DNA from: Minisyncoccota bacterium
GTDB taxonomy: Bacteria > Patescibacteriota > Minisyncoccia > Phycocordibacterales > Phycocordibacteraceae
Direction: 5' to 3'
Assembly: GCA_022842585.1 (NCBI GenBank)
Contig: JALHPI010000003.1
Coordinates: 1 to 48,686 of the forward strand
DNA: 48,686 nucleotides
Shown: piece by piece, positions 25,685 through 34,434 of the stretch
Layout of the letters: each line of letters starts with the position of its first letter
How positions within the stretch are numbered: the first letter of the stretch is position 1
Made by a program: the position numbers and the translations under genes
The notes under the pieces: model-generated
Told to the model about the DNA's origin: nothing
The model's input: only the letters and a program-made list of their open reading frames with translations
Databases searched by the model: none

Positions 25685-26485
25685 ATGATGAAACGTTTCG
25701 TCGTACTCGAGAAAAAGGTAGGCGAAACCCCGCTTTCGTGCCTGCTTAGTTATAAGAAAGCGCACCCTGAGCTTGCGGGCATTCCCGCAAGCTATGCCGG
25801 AAGGCTCGACCCGATGGCCTCCGGGAAGCTCCTCATACTGCTTGGCGAAGAGTGCAAAAATCAGGCGAAATACACGGGACTCGATAAGGAGTACGAGATA
25901 GAAGTATTGCTTGATGTCGGGAGCGATACGGGAGATGCGCTCGGACTCCTGGAGTTTGAAAGTGTCGAGACGGCGCTCTCGCTTAAAAAACTCCGCAAAG
26001 CGCTTCGAAAAGAACGCGGACGGCATGCGCGCGCGTATCCTCAGTTCTCCTCGAAACCGGTGAAAGGCAAACCGCTCTTTATGCACTCGCTTGAAGGTAC
26101 GATAGATGCGATAGACATACCCATGCACGAGGAACGCATCTACAAGACGAAAATCCTTGGCTCGACACTCATAGAGTCGAAGGCACTTGAGCACCGTATC
26201 AAAGACTTTCTCTCAAAAGTTCCAGTGTCCGACGAACCATCAAAAGCGCTCGGCGCAGATTTCCGCATCGCGCGCGTACGAAAATGTTGGGAGGACGTGT
26301 TCGAACAGACGAGTGAACGCACATTTACGATTTTAAAACTACGCGTTGCGTGCGGCACCGGCGCCTACATGCGCTCGCTTGCAGGACGCATCGGCGAAGC
26401 GCTCGGTACAAAAGCGCTCGCACTCTCCATCCACCGCACAAAGGTAGGGAAGTACTGGAACGGACTTTGGCTCAAAAAGTTTTAA
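25685..26485 (+). CDS. truB: tRNA pseudouridine synthase TruB-like
   Basis: YAGRLDPMASGKL, KEYE, TDTGD-like SDTGD, CGTGAYMRSLA. Confidence 0.8.
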   Translation: MMKRFVVLEKKVGETPLSCLLSYKKAHPELAGIPASYAGRLDPMASGKLLILLGEECKNQAKYTGLDKEYEIEVLLDVGSDTGDALGLLEFESVETALSLKKLRKALRKERGRHARAYPQFSSKPVKGKPLFMHSLEGTIDAIDIPMHEERIYKTKILGSTLIESKALEHRIKDFLSKVPVSDEPSKALGADFRIARVRKCWEDVFEQTSERTFTILKLRVACGTGAYMRSLAGRIGEALGTKALALSIHRTKVGKYWNGLWLKKF

Positions 26486-27345
26486 CGGGTGAAGCGGACG
26501 TAGATACCCTCGGGAATGGAACGGTCGGAATCTTTTTCGGAAAGGCGGAGTTCACCGAATTCTGGGTGTGAATCAGGGAAGACGCTCTCGATAAGCTGTT
26601 TGAACGAGAGCGGGGAATAGCCCGCGGCGTAGCCGTTTAGGAGGAAGAACGAGCCTTTTTCTTCGCTTAGAAGTTCTTTTAGGGTTTCAAGGAGCGGAAT
26701 TAAATCTTCCTCGATTTTCCATACTTCGTCTTTTGCTCCACGACCAAATGCCGGTGGGTCGAGGATAATGCCTTGGTACTTTGCTCCGCGGCGCGCTTCG
26801 CGCTTACAGAACCCGCGCGCGTCTTCGAGGATGAACCGTGCGGAGTCCTCGGTGAGACCGGAACGCACCAGATTTTCCTTGCACCAGCCGATTGAGGATT
26901 TTGAGGAGTCCACATGAGTGACTAGTGCCCCTGCGGATGCGGCGACTACGGTCGCGGCTCCGGTGTAGCCGAAAAGGTTCAATACTTCTGGTTTTCCAAG
27001 TGCTGAAATTTTGTCCGCGCTCCATGCCCAGTTGGGTTCCTGTTCGGGGAAGATGCCGGTGTGTTTGAAGTTGCCGAGCTTTGAAACGAATGAAAGTTTT
27101 CCGTACTGCACGTCCCATGTTTCATCAATCTTCGTTCGGAGCGTCCATGCGCCTTTGCCGCCGTTGAATACGAATTCCGCATCTGCGTTGTCCCAGAGTT
27201 CGGGCTTTTGCTTTTTCCAAATTGCCTGCGTATCAGGACGCGAAAGGGTATACGCGCCGAAGCGCTCGAGCTTCATATGGTCGCCCGAGTCGAGGAGTTC
27301 ATATCCTTCGAAGTCGGCTGAGTTTTCAAGATGCTGCTCGGTCAT
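26482..27345 (-). CDS. Class I SAM-dependent methyltransferase (RlmI/RlmK-related)
   Basis: LLDSG...KLERFG, HTGIFPEQ, VLNLFGYTG, IILDPPAFG. Confidence 0.85.
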   Translation of the reverse strand: MTEQHLENSADFEGYELLDSGDHMKLERFGAYTLSRPDTQAIWKKQKPELWDNADAEFVFNGGKGAWTLRTKIDETWDVQYGKLSFVSKLGNFKHTGIFPEQEPNWAWSADKISALGKPEVLNLFGYTGAATVVAASAGALVTHVDSSKSSIGWCKENLVRSGLTEDSARFILEDARGFCKREARRGAKYQGIILDPPAFGRGAKDEVWKIEEDLIPLLETLKELLSEEKGSFFLLNGYAAGYSPLSFKQLIESVFPDSHPEFGELRLSEKDSDRSIPEGIYVRFTR

Positions 27346-28112
27346 ACGGAAAGGGAATGTGGGTGTTGCTCACTCCATGCGTTAAAGACGACTCCGGCGG
27401 ACACGGCGACGTTTAGCGACTCGCAGCGCGGGTGCATAGGGATGGAGAGGGTGATGTCGCACGCCTCGAGCGTCTTTGCGCGTATGCCTTCTCCTTCGTT
27501 TCCGAGGACGAATGCGGACGGAGCGTCAAACGTCTCGCTCTTCAAAACCTTTCCTTCCATCGCAAGCCCGTAAATCCAGAATCCTTTTTCCTTTAGTTTC
27601 CGAAGTGCGTCGTTTACGTTGCCGATGGTGATGAGCGGGATACGGAACGCCATGCCTGCGGACGTCTTCACGACGGTGCCCGTTACCTGCGCCTGATTGT
27701 GCTCAGGGATGAGTACGGCTGAAAATCCGAATGCGGCCGCGGAACGGATGATGGCGCCTACGTTGTGCGGGTCCTGCACTTCGCCAAGCACAGCAATAGC
27801 TGTTTCCTTTGTAGGCTCGATATTCTTTATAAACGTCTCAAACGGTGTCATGAGGCGGCCCGTATCAATGACGGCGATGACTCCCTGGTGCGTCTTGTCT
27901 TCGCCTACGGTACGGTCCGCCTCATGTGCTTCCATAATTTGAACCGGGATATCGGCGGCTTTGAGTGCGGCGCGGAGCCGGGCATCTTCCATTTCCGGAG
28001 AGAGGTGTACGCGCTTTATGACCTGGGGAGCATTCTCCAAGGCCTCGATGAGCGCGTTTTTACCATACATGTAGACCTTGTCAGGCGGTCCTTTTTTCCC
28101 TGGTCGAGGCAT
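27342..28112 (-). CDS. rlmB: TrmH/SpoU-family RNA methyltransferase (RlmB-like)
   Basis: HQGV, QDPHNVGAIIRSA, LGNEGEG, ESLNVAVS. Confidence 0.9.
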   Translation of the reverse strand: MPRPGKKGPPDKVYMYGKNALIEALENAPQVIKRVHLSPEMEDARLRAALKAADIPVQIMEAHEADRTVGEDKTHQGVIAVIDTGRLMTPFETFIKNIEPTKETAIAVLGEVQDPHNVGAIIRSAAAFGFSAVLIPEHNQAQVTGTVVKTSAGMAFRIPLITIGNVNDALRKLKEKGFWIYGLAMEGKVLKSETFDAPSAFVLGNEGEGIRAKTLEACDITLSIPMHPRCESLNVAVSAGVVFNAWSEQHPHSLSV

Positions 28113-28202
28113 TATGGACTAAGGATAGGGGAAAGAGAGAGGGTAGTCCAGTATAGTTCTCCGCGCGGTTTTGGAGATGCGTAGGATATAATTCGTTTTT
28201 GC

Positions 28203-28724
28203 ATGGAAGCTATCGCCTCTCTTCTAACTGAAATCCTTCACACACTCGAACATATAGGTGTGTGGGCGTACTGGATAATTTTCGTGATTGCATTTCTTGA
28301 TTCGCTCGTTGTCGTCGGCACGTTTACGAGCGGAACAGTATTCCTTTTATTTGCTGGCGTTCTGGTATCGCGCGGAGTATACGACCTGGCGGACATGTCA
28401 TTGTTTGCCGCTGCAGGCGCGATTCTCGGGAGCGTGACGAGCTACTGTATCGGTAGATTCGTTGCCAACTCATTCAATACCGAAAGCAAACTTTCACAAA
28501 GTAAACGTTTTGCGCATGGTTCTGAATTGCTCGAAACCTACGGAGGGGCAGGAGTTTTGTTTGGCCGTTTTCTTGGCCCGGCGAGCTCAGTCGTTTCTTT
28601 TATTGCAGGCTTGAGCAAATTACCTACCAGAACGTTCCTTCTCTGGAGCGTCTTTGGCGGGCTGGTATGGGCCGTGTCCTATGTGTTTATTGGAACTTTC
28701 TTCGGGCATTTGTTGCCGTTGTAA
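28203..28724 (+). CDS. DedA family membrane protein
   Basis: GAILGS..SY..GR, YGG...FGRFLG, hydrophobic helices. Confidence 0.85.
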   Translation: MEAIASLLTEILHTLEHIGVWAYWIIFVIAFLDSLVVVGTFTSGTVFLLFAGVLVSRGVYDLADMSLFAAAGAILGSVTSYCIGRFVANSFNTESKLSQSKRFAHGSELLETYGGAGVLFGRFLGPASSVVSFIAGLSKLPTRTFLLWSVFGGLVWAVSYVFIGTFFGHLLPL

Positions 28725-28725
28725 T

Positions 28726-28923
28726 CCCACGGAGAAGCGTACTGATAAGAATCAGTCGCGCATCGGCGAAGCGCTCGCATCTCGTCGTCACTCGATGCTC
28801 CGCCTCGCCACCTCGCACGACCATTGTCTGCTGACAATGGTTCCCGTGCTCGCTTCGATTCCCCGTAGGGTCTACAAACGGCAACAGCCGGAAATGCATA
28901 CGCATTTCCGGCTGACCGATTTG
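28726..28923 (-). repeat. tRNA 3'-associated structured element, copy 2 (after tRNA-Glu)
   Basis: Inverted tRNA 3' copy at 28854-28872, core nearly identical to ~12945-13050, direct repeat CCCACGGAGAA at 28726-28736 and 28928-28938. Confidence 0.8.
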
Positions 28924-28995
28924 TGACCCCACGGAGAATCGAACTCCGATTTCCTGCGTGAAAGGCGGGCGTCCTAACCGTTAGACGATGGGGCC
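28924..28995 (-). tRNA. tRNA-Glu(TTC)
   Basis: Minus strand: GGCCCCA/TGGGGTC acceptor, loop CTTTCAC, GAGTTCGATTCTC T arm. Confidence 0.93.
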
Positions 28996-29048
28996 TTGGC
29001 CGAAACTATAGCATTTAGTGGCTAAAATGCTAGGATTCCTTCTAACCT

Positions 29049-29135
29049 GGAGAGGTGGCAGAGTGGTCGAATGCACCGGTTTCGAAAACCGGCAGGGATG
29101 AAAGTTCCTCGGGAGTTCGAATCTCCCCCTCTCCG
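29049..29135 (+). tRNA. tRNA-Ser(CGA)
   Basis: GGAGAGG/CCTCTCC acceptor, CCGGT-TTCGAAA-ACCGG anticodon arm, long variable arm. Confidence 0.95.
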
Positions 29136-29139
29136 CATT

Positions 29140-29415
29140 ATGAACAGAAAAGCTGAAAAGGGTTTGGAAAGCATTCCCGGAGTAGGAAAGGCGGTTGCTG
29201 AGAATCTGCGCCTGATTGGTATAGACCGCCCGAGCTGTCTCAAAGGTAAGGACCCGCAAAAGCTCTACGATAAGCACAATAAGCGTGTAGGGCGCACGGA
29301 GGACCGCTGTCTCCTCTATGTATTCCGCTGTGCGGTCTACTACGCGCAGGGCGGCAAGCTTCCCGAGAAGCTCAAATGGTGGAACTGGTCGGATAAAAAT
29401 TTGAATATGAGATAA
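29140..29415 (+). CDS. Helix-hairpin-helix protein (Cdd1 / pathogenicity-locus family)
   Basis: IPGVGK..A..L..IGI, LKGKDP..LY, DRCLLYVFRCAVY, KWWNW. Confidence 0.85.
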   Translation: MNRKAEKGLESIPGVGKAVAENLRLIGIDRPSCLKGKDPQKLYDKHNKRVGRTEDRCLLYVFRCAVYYAQGGKLPEKLKWWNWSDKNLNMR

Positions 29416-29460
29416 AAATTGGGCCGGATGTTTCCATCCGGCCCCCGCGAGAATCGCGGA

Positions 29461-29793
29461 TTACGTGCGTTCGTGGCTTGTGTCGCCGTACGCATCGATA
29501 ACGACGAGCGTGGTTGAAAGCCGCTCCCAAGGATATTTGGAGTCCTTGGTTTCTTCCGCTTGAGCGTCGCCGTATGCGTCGCTGAAGTCTTCAGCCATGC
29601 CATCGCCGGTCCCCCACGTTGCAATGAACAAGCCCTCTACTGTTCTGGTGAGATAGTCGCTTTCGCGGATAGTGATGCGTGTATCGGACGGAAGTCCGTC
29701 CGCAAGTGCCGTGAGCATCGCGATGAAATCGCTCAGCAGCATTGAATCGTTAAACGCTTCATCCGCCGTTTCGAGCTTTCGTTGCTCAGTCAT
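29461..29793 (-). CDS. Acidic hypothetical protein
   Basis: GAGGAG SD upstream, hairpin downstream; no recognised motif. Confidence 0.6.
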   Translation of the reverse strand: MTEQRKLETADEAFNDSMLLSDFIAMLTALADGLPSDTRITIRESDYLTRTVEGLFIATWGTGDGMAEDFSDAYGDAQAEETKDSKYPWERLSTTLVVIDAYGDTSHERT

Positions 29794-29905
29794 TTTCTCA
29801 CTCTCCTCTACCTAGTAGAACGGAGAAGGAATATACCTATATTCGTATGTTCTGTCAAAAAATTATAAGAATCGTCTTTTTAGCACATGGTACGATACGA
29901 ATATT

Positions 29906-31339
29906 ATGGAGAACCTGAACGAGAAATGCGCAATCTTCGGGGTCTATGGAAAGGGAATCGATGTCGCGCGCCTGACGTTCTTCGGACTCTTCGCGCTCCA
30001 GCATCGCGGTCAGGAAAGCTCCGGCATTGCGGTAGCGGACGGTAGTGACATAAAACGCCACAAGGACCACGGCCTTGTGGCGCAAGTGTTTACGGAGGAA
30101 GCGATTGATTCCTTGAAAGGTCATATCGCGATAGGACATAACCGCTACTCGACTTCAAAGGGGTCGGGCACCGAGCATATCCAGCCGATGGTGGTGGGGA
30201 ACGGCGCATTGGCGTTCGCCCATAACGGAAACCTTCCGTCGACGAGGGCGCTTGAGGAATTTCTCCAAGGCAAGGTAGAAAACACTGCAGGCCTCTCCGA
30301 CTCCTGCCTTATGGCGCACGCAATCCACTGGTACATGGAACAAGGTAAGGCGCTTCCGGATGCGGTTACGGCCGCGTACCCGCTTTTCACCGGCGCGTTC
30401 TCAATCGTCGCAATGACCAAGGACACGCTCGTCGCGGCGCGCGACCCAAAGGGCATCCGCCCGCTATCTTTAGCCCGCCTTAACGGCGGTTTCGTCGTTT
30501 CAAGTGAGACGTGCGCGTTCAGTACGATAGATGCAAAGTTTGTTCGTGAAATTCTCCCTGGGGAAATGGTGACCATAGACGAGAGCGGACTTTCTGAAAA
30601 GCAGATTGCCGAAGGGGAACAGAAGCTCGATATTTTTGAATTCATTTATTTCGCCCGCCACGACAGCGAGCTTATGGGGAAGTCGGTATACGAAGTACGT
30701 AAGAACTTCGGCAAAACGCTCGCACGCGAGTATCCGATAGATGCGGACGTGGTAGTCGGCGTACCGGAGACGAGTCTTCCATGCGCCTTAGGCTATGCGG
30801 AGCAGTCCGGCATCCCGTACGAGATGGGGCTCAATAAGAACCGCTATATTCAGCGCACGTTCATACAACCCGACCAGAAGCTTCGAGATAAAAGCGTAAA
30901 GATGAAGCTCACACCCATACCCGGAGTATTGAAAGGGAAACGCGTCGTCGTCATAGATGACTCCATCGTGCGCGGCACGACCAGTAAGCCCATTATCGAC
31001 TTGCTGTTTGAAGCAGGTGCGACCGAAGTGCACTTCCTCGTGTCGTCTCCGCCGATACGCTTTCCTGATTTTTACGGCATTGATACGCCCGCGCAGGACA
31101 GCCTGATTGCCTACGGGAAGACGGTAGAAGAGATGCGTGCCGCGATAGGTGCAACCTCGCTCCACTTCCTCTCGCTTGAAGGCATGCTCCGCTCCACCGG
31201 ACTTCCGAAGGAATCGTTCAGCACGTCCTGCTTTACCGGTGAGTACCCGGTTGATTTGAAAGAACGCTACGACGAAATCAATTACCCGTCGGACGTTAGT
31301 ATTTCTTCCACAAGTCCCAAACAGATGGAGCCAGGTTGA
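29906..31339 (+). CDS. purF: Amidophosphoribosyltransferase
   Basis: EKCAIFG (Ntn Cys), LQHRGQE, GHNRYST, HNGN, VIDDSIVRGTT, YGIDTP. Confidence 0.95.
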   Translation: MENLNEKCAIFGVYGKGIDVARLTFFGLFALQHRGQESSGIAVADGSDIKRHKDHGLVAQVFTEEAIDSLKGHIAIGHNRYSTSKGSGTEHIQPMVVGNGALAFAHNGNLPSTRALEEFLQGKVENTAGLSDSCLMAHAIHWYMEQGKALPDAVTAAYPLFTGAFSIVAMTKDTLVAARDPKGIRPLSLARLNGGFVVSSETCAFSTIDAKFVREILPGEMVTIDESGLSEKQIAEGEQKLDIFEFIYFARHDSELMGKSVYEVRKNFGKTLAREYPIDADVVVGVPETSLPCALGYAEQSGIPYEMGLNKNRYIQRTFIQPDQKLRDKSVKMKLTPIPGVLKGKRVVVIDDSIVRGTTSKPIIDLLFEAGATEVHFLVSSPPIRFPDFYGIDTPAQDSLIAYGKTVEEMRAAIGATSLHFLSLEGMLRSTGLPKESFSTSCFTGEYPVDLKERYDEINYPSDVSISSTSPKQMEPG

Positions 31340-32483
31340 TTGGTTCGCCGTAGAGCGGTGTTTGATGCAGATCTATCCATGGGAGGGAATTCGCTTCGAT
31401 GAAACCCCAGCGCTGTTCGTCAGCAGATAGTTGTGGATCTGGAATGATGAGGTCGAAACCTACGACCGCAAGATGCACATTCTTCGCGGCTTTCTCTATA
31501 AGCGGAATAAAGGAAGGATGTATGGAGCGTCCGTGCTCGCGGTTTCTCCCGCCGCTACTGGCTCCTGCGCGGTAGGTGAGGGGAAGGGAAACGCCTTCGG
31601 GCAGAACGTCCGTGAGCGCGTATCCGCGGCGGCGAACATATGCCTCATGCGAACTGGTAAGGGTAATATCCGCCACACCTGCCGGCTTTTCCGCGTTCGC
31701 CTTTTGAACAAGCTCGCTAATCGTCGAAACGCCGTCTCCGGTGACGGTAGGGTAGAGGGATTCTAGGAAGCCGACGAGCACACCGTCTACGCACGTCGCC
31801 CGGCAGAGATTTCCCTCCATATGTTCCTCAATGCTCGCAAGCACGCAAACTTCCGTTGCACTTTTGAGCGCTACCTCCAAGTCTTCGTCGGTTTTTACGA
31901 ACGGATAGGTATGACGGCCATTTGAGCCCGACTGCGGTTTTACGCACACGGTCCCCAGTTCGGACAGTACCTGCTTCGCACGGCGGTAGGTGCGTACGCT
32001 ATAACTCTTCGGGACGGGAAGACCGAGCGTGCGAAGCGTACGCTTGAATGCCACTTTATCGTCCATATCAAGCGACTCGGTTTTCTCAAGTGCAGGCGGT
32101 ATCGGGATACTCTGAAAAAAATGCCGTTTTCCGTTTATAAAAATTTCAAACATATCGCTTGGTTGTCCGAACAGGAAGAGCTGGCGCATGGGTATGTTTC
32201 GTGCGTTCGCTTCGCGCCATATGAGACGCGAGCGGTCCGAATGCGCTTTCCCGAGGTCTTCGCTAAGCGTAAGAAATCCAAACGTTTTTCCGAAGAAAAA
32301 TGCAGCGCGCCCAAGTGTGCTTACGAGATATTCGCCGAACGTTGCAAAAAAACGAAGCACAGGAGCGTTTCGTATACTTCCAAGTTTTAGTGCGAGCACA
32401 TCTGAGGAATTAGTAAGCCAGAGGGCGCTATGGCTCGCCTTGGCAAAGCCACATTCGATGCAATCTTTAGCAGAGGTGCTCAT
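31296..32483 (-). CDS. ATP-grasp protein, cyanophycin synthetase-like
   Basis: DDK...K..L...GLPVP, VKP..GSNGR, VTGDGVSTISEL, GFDLI, IEANSLP. Confidence 0.75.
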   Translation of the reverse strand: MSTSAKDCIECGFAKASHSALWLTNSSDVLALKLGSIRNAPVLRFFATFGEYLVSTLGRAAFFFGKTFGFLTLSEDLGKAHSDRSRLIWREANARNIPMRQLFLFGQPSDMFEIFINGKRHFFQSIPIPPALEKTESLDMDDKVAFKRTLRTLGLPVPKSYSVRTYRRAKQVLSELGTVCVKPQSGSNGRHTYPFVKTDEDLEVALKSATEVCVLASIEEHMEGNLCRATCVDGVLVGFLESLYPTVTGDGVSTISELVQKANAEKPAGVADITLTSSHEAYVRRRGYALTDVLPEGVSLPLTYRAGASSGGRNREHGRSIHPSFIPLIEKAAKNVHLAVVGFDLIIPDPQLSADEQRWGFIEANSLPWIDLHQTPLYGEPINLAPSVWDLWKKY

Positions 32484-32509
32484 GGCGTTTCGTGGAGTAT
32501 ATCAAAAAA

Positions 32510-32537
32510 GCACGAAGCCCCTTTCGGGGCTTCGTGC
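32510..32537. terminator. Terminator-like hairpin
   Basis: GCACGAAGCCCC-tttc-GGGGCTTCGTGC with U tract on the minus strand. Confidence 0.6.
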
Positions 32538-32794
32538 AGGGATTCGTTCGAATCTAGTGTCCTCCTCCGATCATAGGCGTCGTGCTAATGAGTAACCTCT
32601 ATAGTGTACTCCTAGTCGTCTGTATGTTTTCGTGTTCCTAGTGGATAACTGGAGGTATGGGTGCTCACAGGTTGTGCCACAGGATATTAGGAGTATCATT
32701 GTCTTGAGGTCGCATTGCCAGCCGAAACGGGCGGCTTTCTTTTTTGCCGATTTTGGCAGGGAAGTGAAGTTTGCTCGAAACTAATCAAACAACC

Positions 32795-32890
32795 ATGGAC
32801 GATACCCAGATGGACCCTATGGCACCAGCAATGGAGCCTGAAGTTACCGAAGAGGCTCCGGCAATGCCGGAAGAAGAAGCGGCTGCGTAA
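32795..32890 (+). CDS. Candidate 31-aa acidic peptide
   Basis: MDDTQMDPMAPAMEPEVTEEAPAMPEEEAAA*, A/C-rich leader, hairpin downstream. Confidence 0.5.
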   Translation: MDDTQMDPMAPAMEPEVTEEAPAMPEEEAAA

Positions 32891-32903
32891 GCAGTTCTTC
32901 GTT

Positions 32904-32939
32904 ACAACGCCCAGTCCCACGCGTGGGGCTGGGCGTTGT
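32904..32939. repeat. Minimal hairpin carrying the rnpB-insertion terminal motif
   Basis: ACAACGCCCAGTCCCAC-gc-GTGGGGCTGGGCGTTGT. Confidence 0.55.
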
Positions 32940-32988
32940 CCGTTGCAAAGTGGGGGAGTCGGCGCTTTAATACAGGTACTACTCTCAT

Positions 32989-33951
32989 ATGAGCGCCAAC
33001 GGATTCGGGACTATTCAGGTTTTTGCGACCAACGTTGGAAAAGAACTTGCGGAGAAGATATGTCAAGACCTGGGGATAACTCTCGGCCAGGCGAGATTGG
33101 CGCGTTTTAAGGATGGGGAAGTAGACGTACAGATACTGGAGAACGTGCGCGGCAACGATATCTTCATCGTAGCTCCCACCCAGCCACCGGCGGATAACCT
33201 GCTTGAAGCAATTTTCCTCGCAGAAGCTGCACGTCTCTCCTCTGCCGGAAGAATTACGCTCGTAATCCCCTACTTCGGCTATGCACGCGCGGACCGGAAA
33301 GACGCCCCCCGCAAAGCCATTGCCGCTCGCCTTGCCTTTAAGATGCTCGAAGTCGCCCATCCGAACCGCTTCCTCATGCTTGATATCCATGCCGAGCAGA
33401 CCCTGGCCACGGTCGAGTATGCGGTCACGGACCACCTCTACGGCTCAGCGGTCGGAGTCCCCCATTTGAAGAAACTTTTGGACGGAAAGGACTTCGTCAT
33501 TGCCTCTCCTGACCGCGGCGGAGGCGCGCGCGCCATCAAGTACGCAACTCTGCTTGGTCACGATGATTTCGTATTCTTCTCCAAACAGCGCGCAAGCGCC
33601 GGTGAGGTAAAACAGGACTCCATTAAAATAATCGGTGATGTGAAAGGAAAGCTCGTGGTGCTCGTGGACGACATGATAGACAGCGGTGGCACGATGATTG
33701 CGGACGCGGCCGCCGCAAAGGCGGAAGGTGCGACCGAAGTGTGGGCGTTTGCCACCCACGGGCTCTTTTCCGCAGGAGCACTTGAGAGATTCAAAACAAG
33801 CGCGATAGACCGAGTATTCACCACCGACTCCGTGTACCACGACCCGAAAGAGCTTGCCGACGCGAAAGTAGAAGTCATTTCCGTATCCACGCTTCTTGCG
33901 AGCGCCATCAAGCGGACGCATGACGGGGAATCACTTTCTTCATTGATATAA
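32989..33951 (+). CDS. prs: Ribose-phosphate pyrophosphokinase
   Basis: FKDGE, PYFGYARADRK, LDIHA, SPDRGG, LVDDMIDSGGT, ATHGLFS. Confidence 0.95.
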   Translation: MSANGFGTIQVFATNVGKELAEKICQDLGITLGQARLARFKDGEVDVQILENVRGNDIFIVAPTQPPADNLLEAIFLAEAARLSSAGRITLVIPYFGYARADRKDAPRKAIAARLAFKMLEVAHPNRFLMLDIHAEQTLATVEYAVTDHLYGSAVGVPHLKKLLDGKDFVIASPDRGGGARAIKYATLLGHDDFVFFSKQRASAGEVKQDSIKIIGDVKGKLVVLVDDMIDSGGTMIADAAAAKAEGATEVWAFATHGLFSAGALERFKTSAIDRVFTTDSVYHDPKELADAKVEVISVSTLLASAIKRTHDGESLSSLI

Positions 33952-34017
33952 AAAGAAATTTGACTTCCCTACTTTTCTAAACTAAAAATAACCTGCTGAG
34001 TCGGACAGCGGAATCCG

Positions 34018-34251
34018 ATGTATCACGCCGAGGAGGCGGATATGATAACCACCCTGTACTATCCTAAGAGTTTCGTACTACGAGTGAAAGCGACCTTTCC
34101 GGACGACCTGACACTGCACGCGCTGCTTGATAGCGGTTCCAAAGAAGTCGGTAAGCATCTCGAAGACCTCGAGAAGCAGTTGACCGTCAAGACCACTTTT
34201 CACGCGGAATGGAGTCAGTGGGTCGAACTGAAGGAGGCTAACGCCCGGTAA
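34018..34251 (+). CDS. Small hypothetical protein
   Basis: ORF with AGGAGG before a second ATG (about 34042) and a hairpin downstream. Confidence 0.6.
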   Translation: MYHAEEADMITTLYYPKSFVLRVKATFPDDLTLHALLDSGSKEVGKHLEDLEKQLTVKTTFHAEWSQWVELKEANAR

Positions 34252-34322
34252 CACGAAACGAAGGGTGAAGCCCCCCATCTTCGATGACGGGGGGCTTTGC
34301 TTTGTATATCTCCGGTGCGAAT

Positions 34323-34425
34323 AAAAATACTTCAGATACGAGGCGCGAGCGAGTAGCGAACGAGGCGTACAAGAGTACGACGAGTGAGAAACGGAGCGAG
34401 CAACAAAGTAGCTGAAGCTATTTTT
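34323..34425. repeat. IR-bounded intergenic element
   Basis: AAAAATACTTCAG / CTGAAGCTATTTTT ends enclosing GAGCGAG...GAGCGAG and a CGTAC/GTACG hairpin. Confidence 0.45.
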
Positions 34426-34434
34426 AAAGCACTA

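Noticed and set aside
25592-26194. N-terminal extension making the PfkB ORF 513 aa
   Set aside because: It overlaps the truB-like gene antisense; the kinase domain begins at ATG 25591
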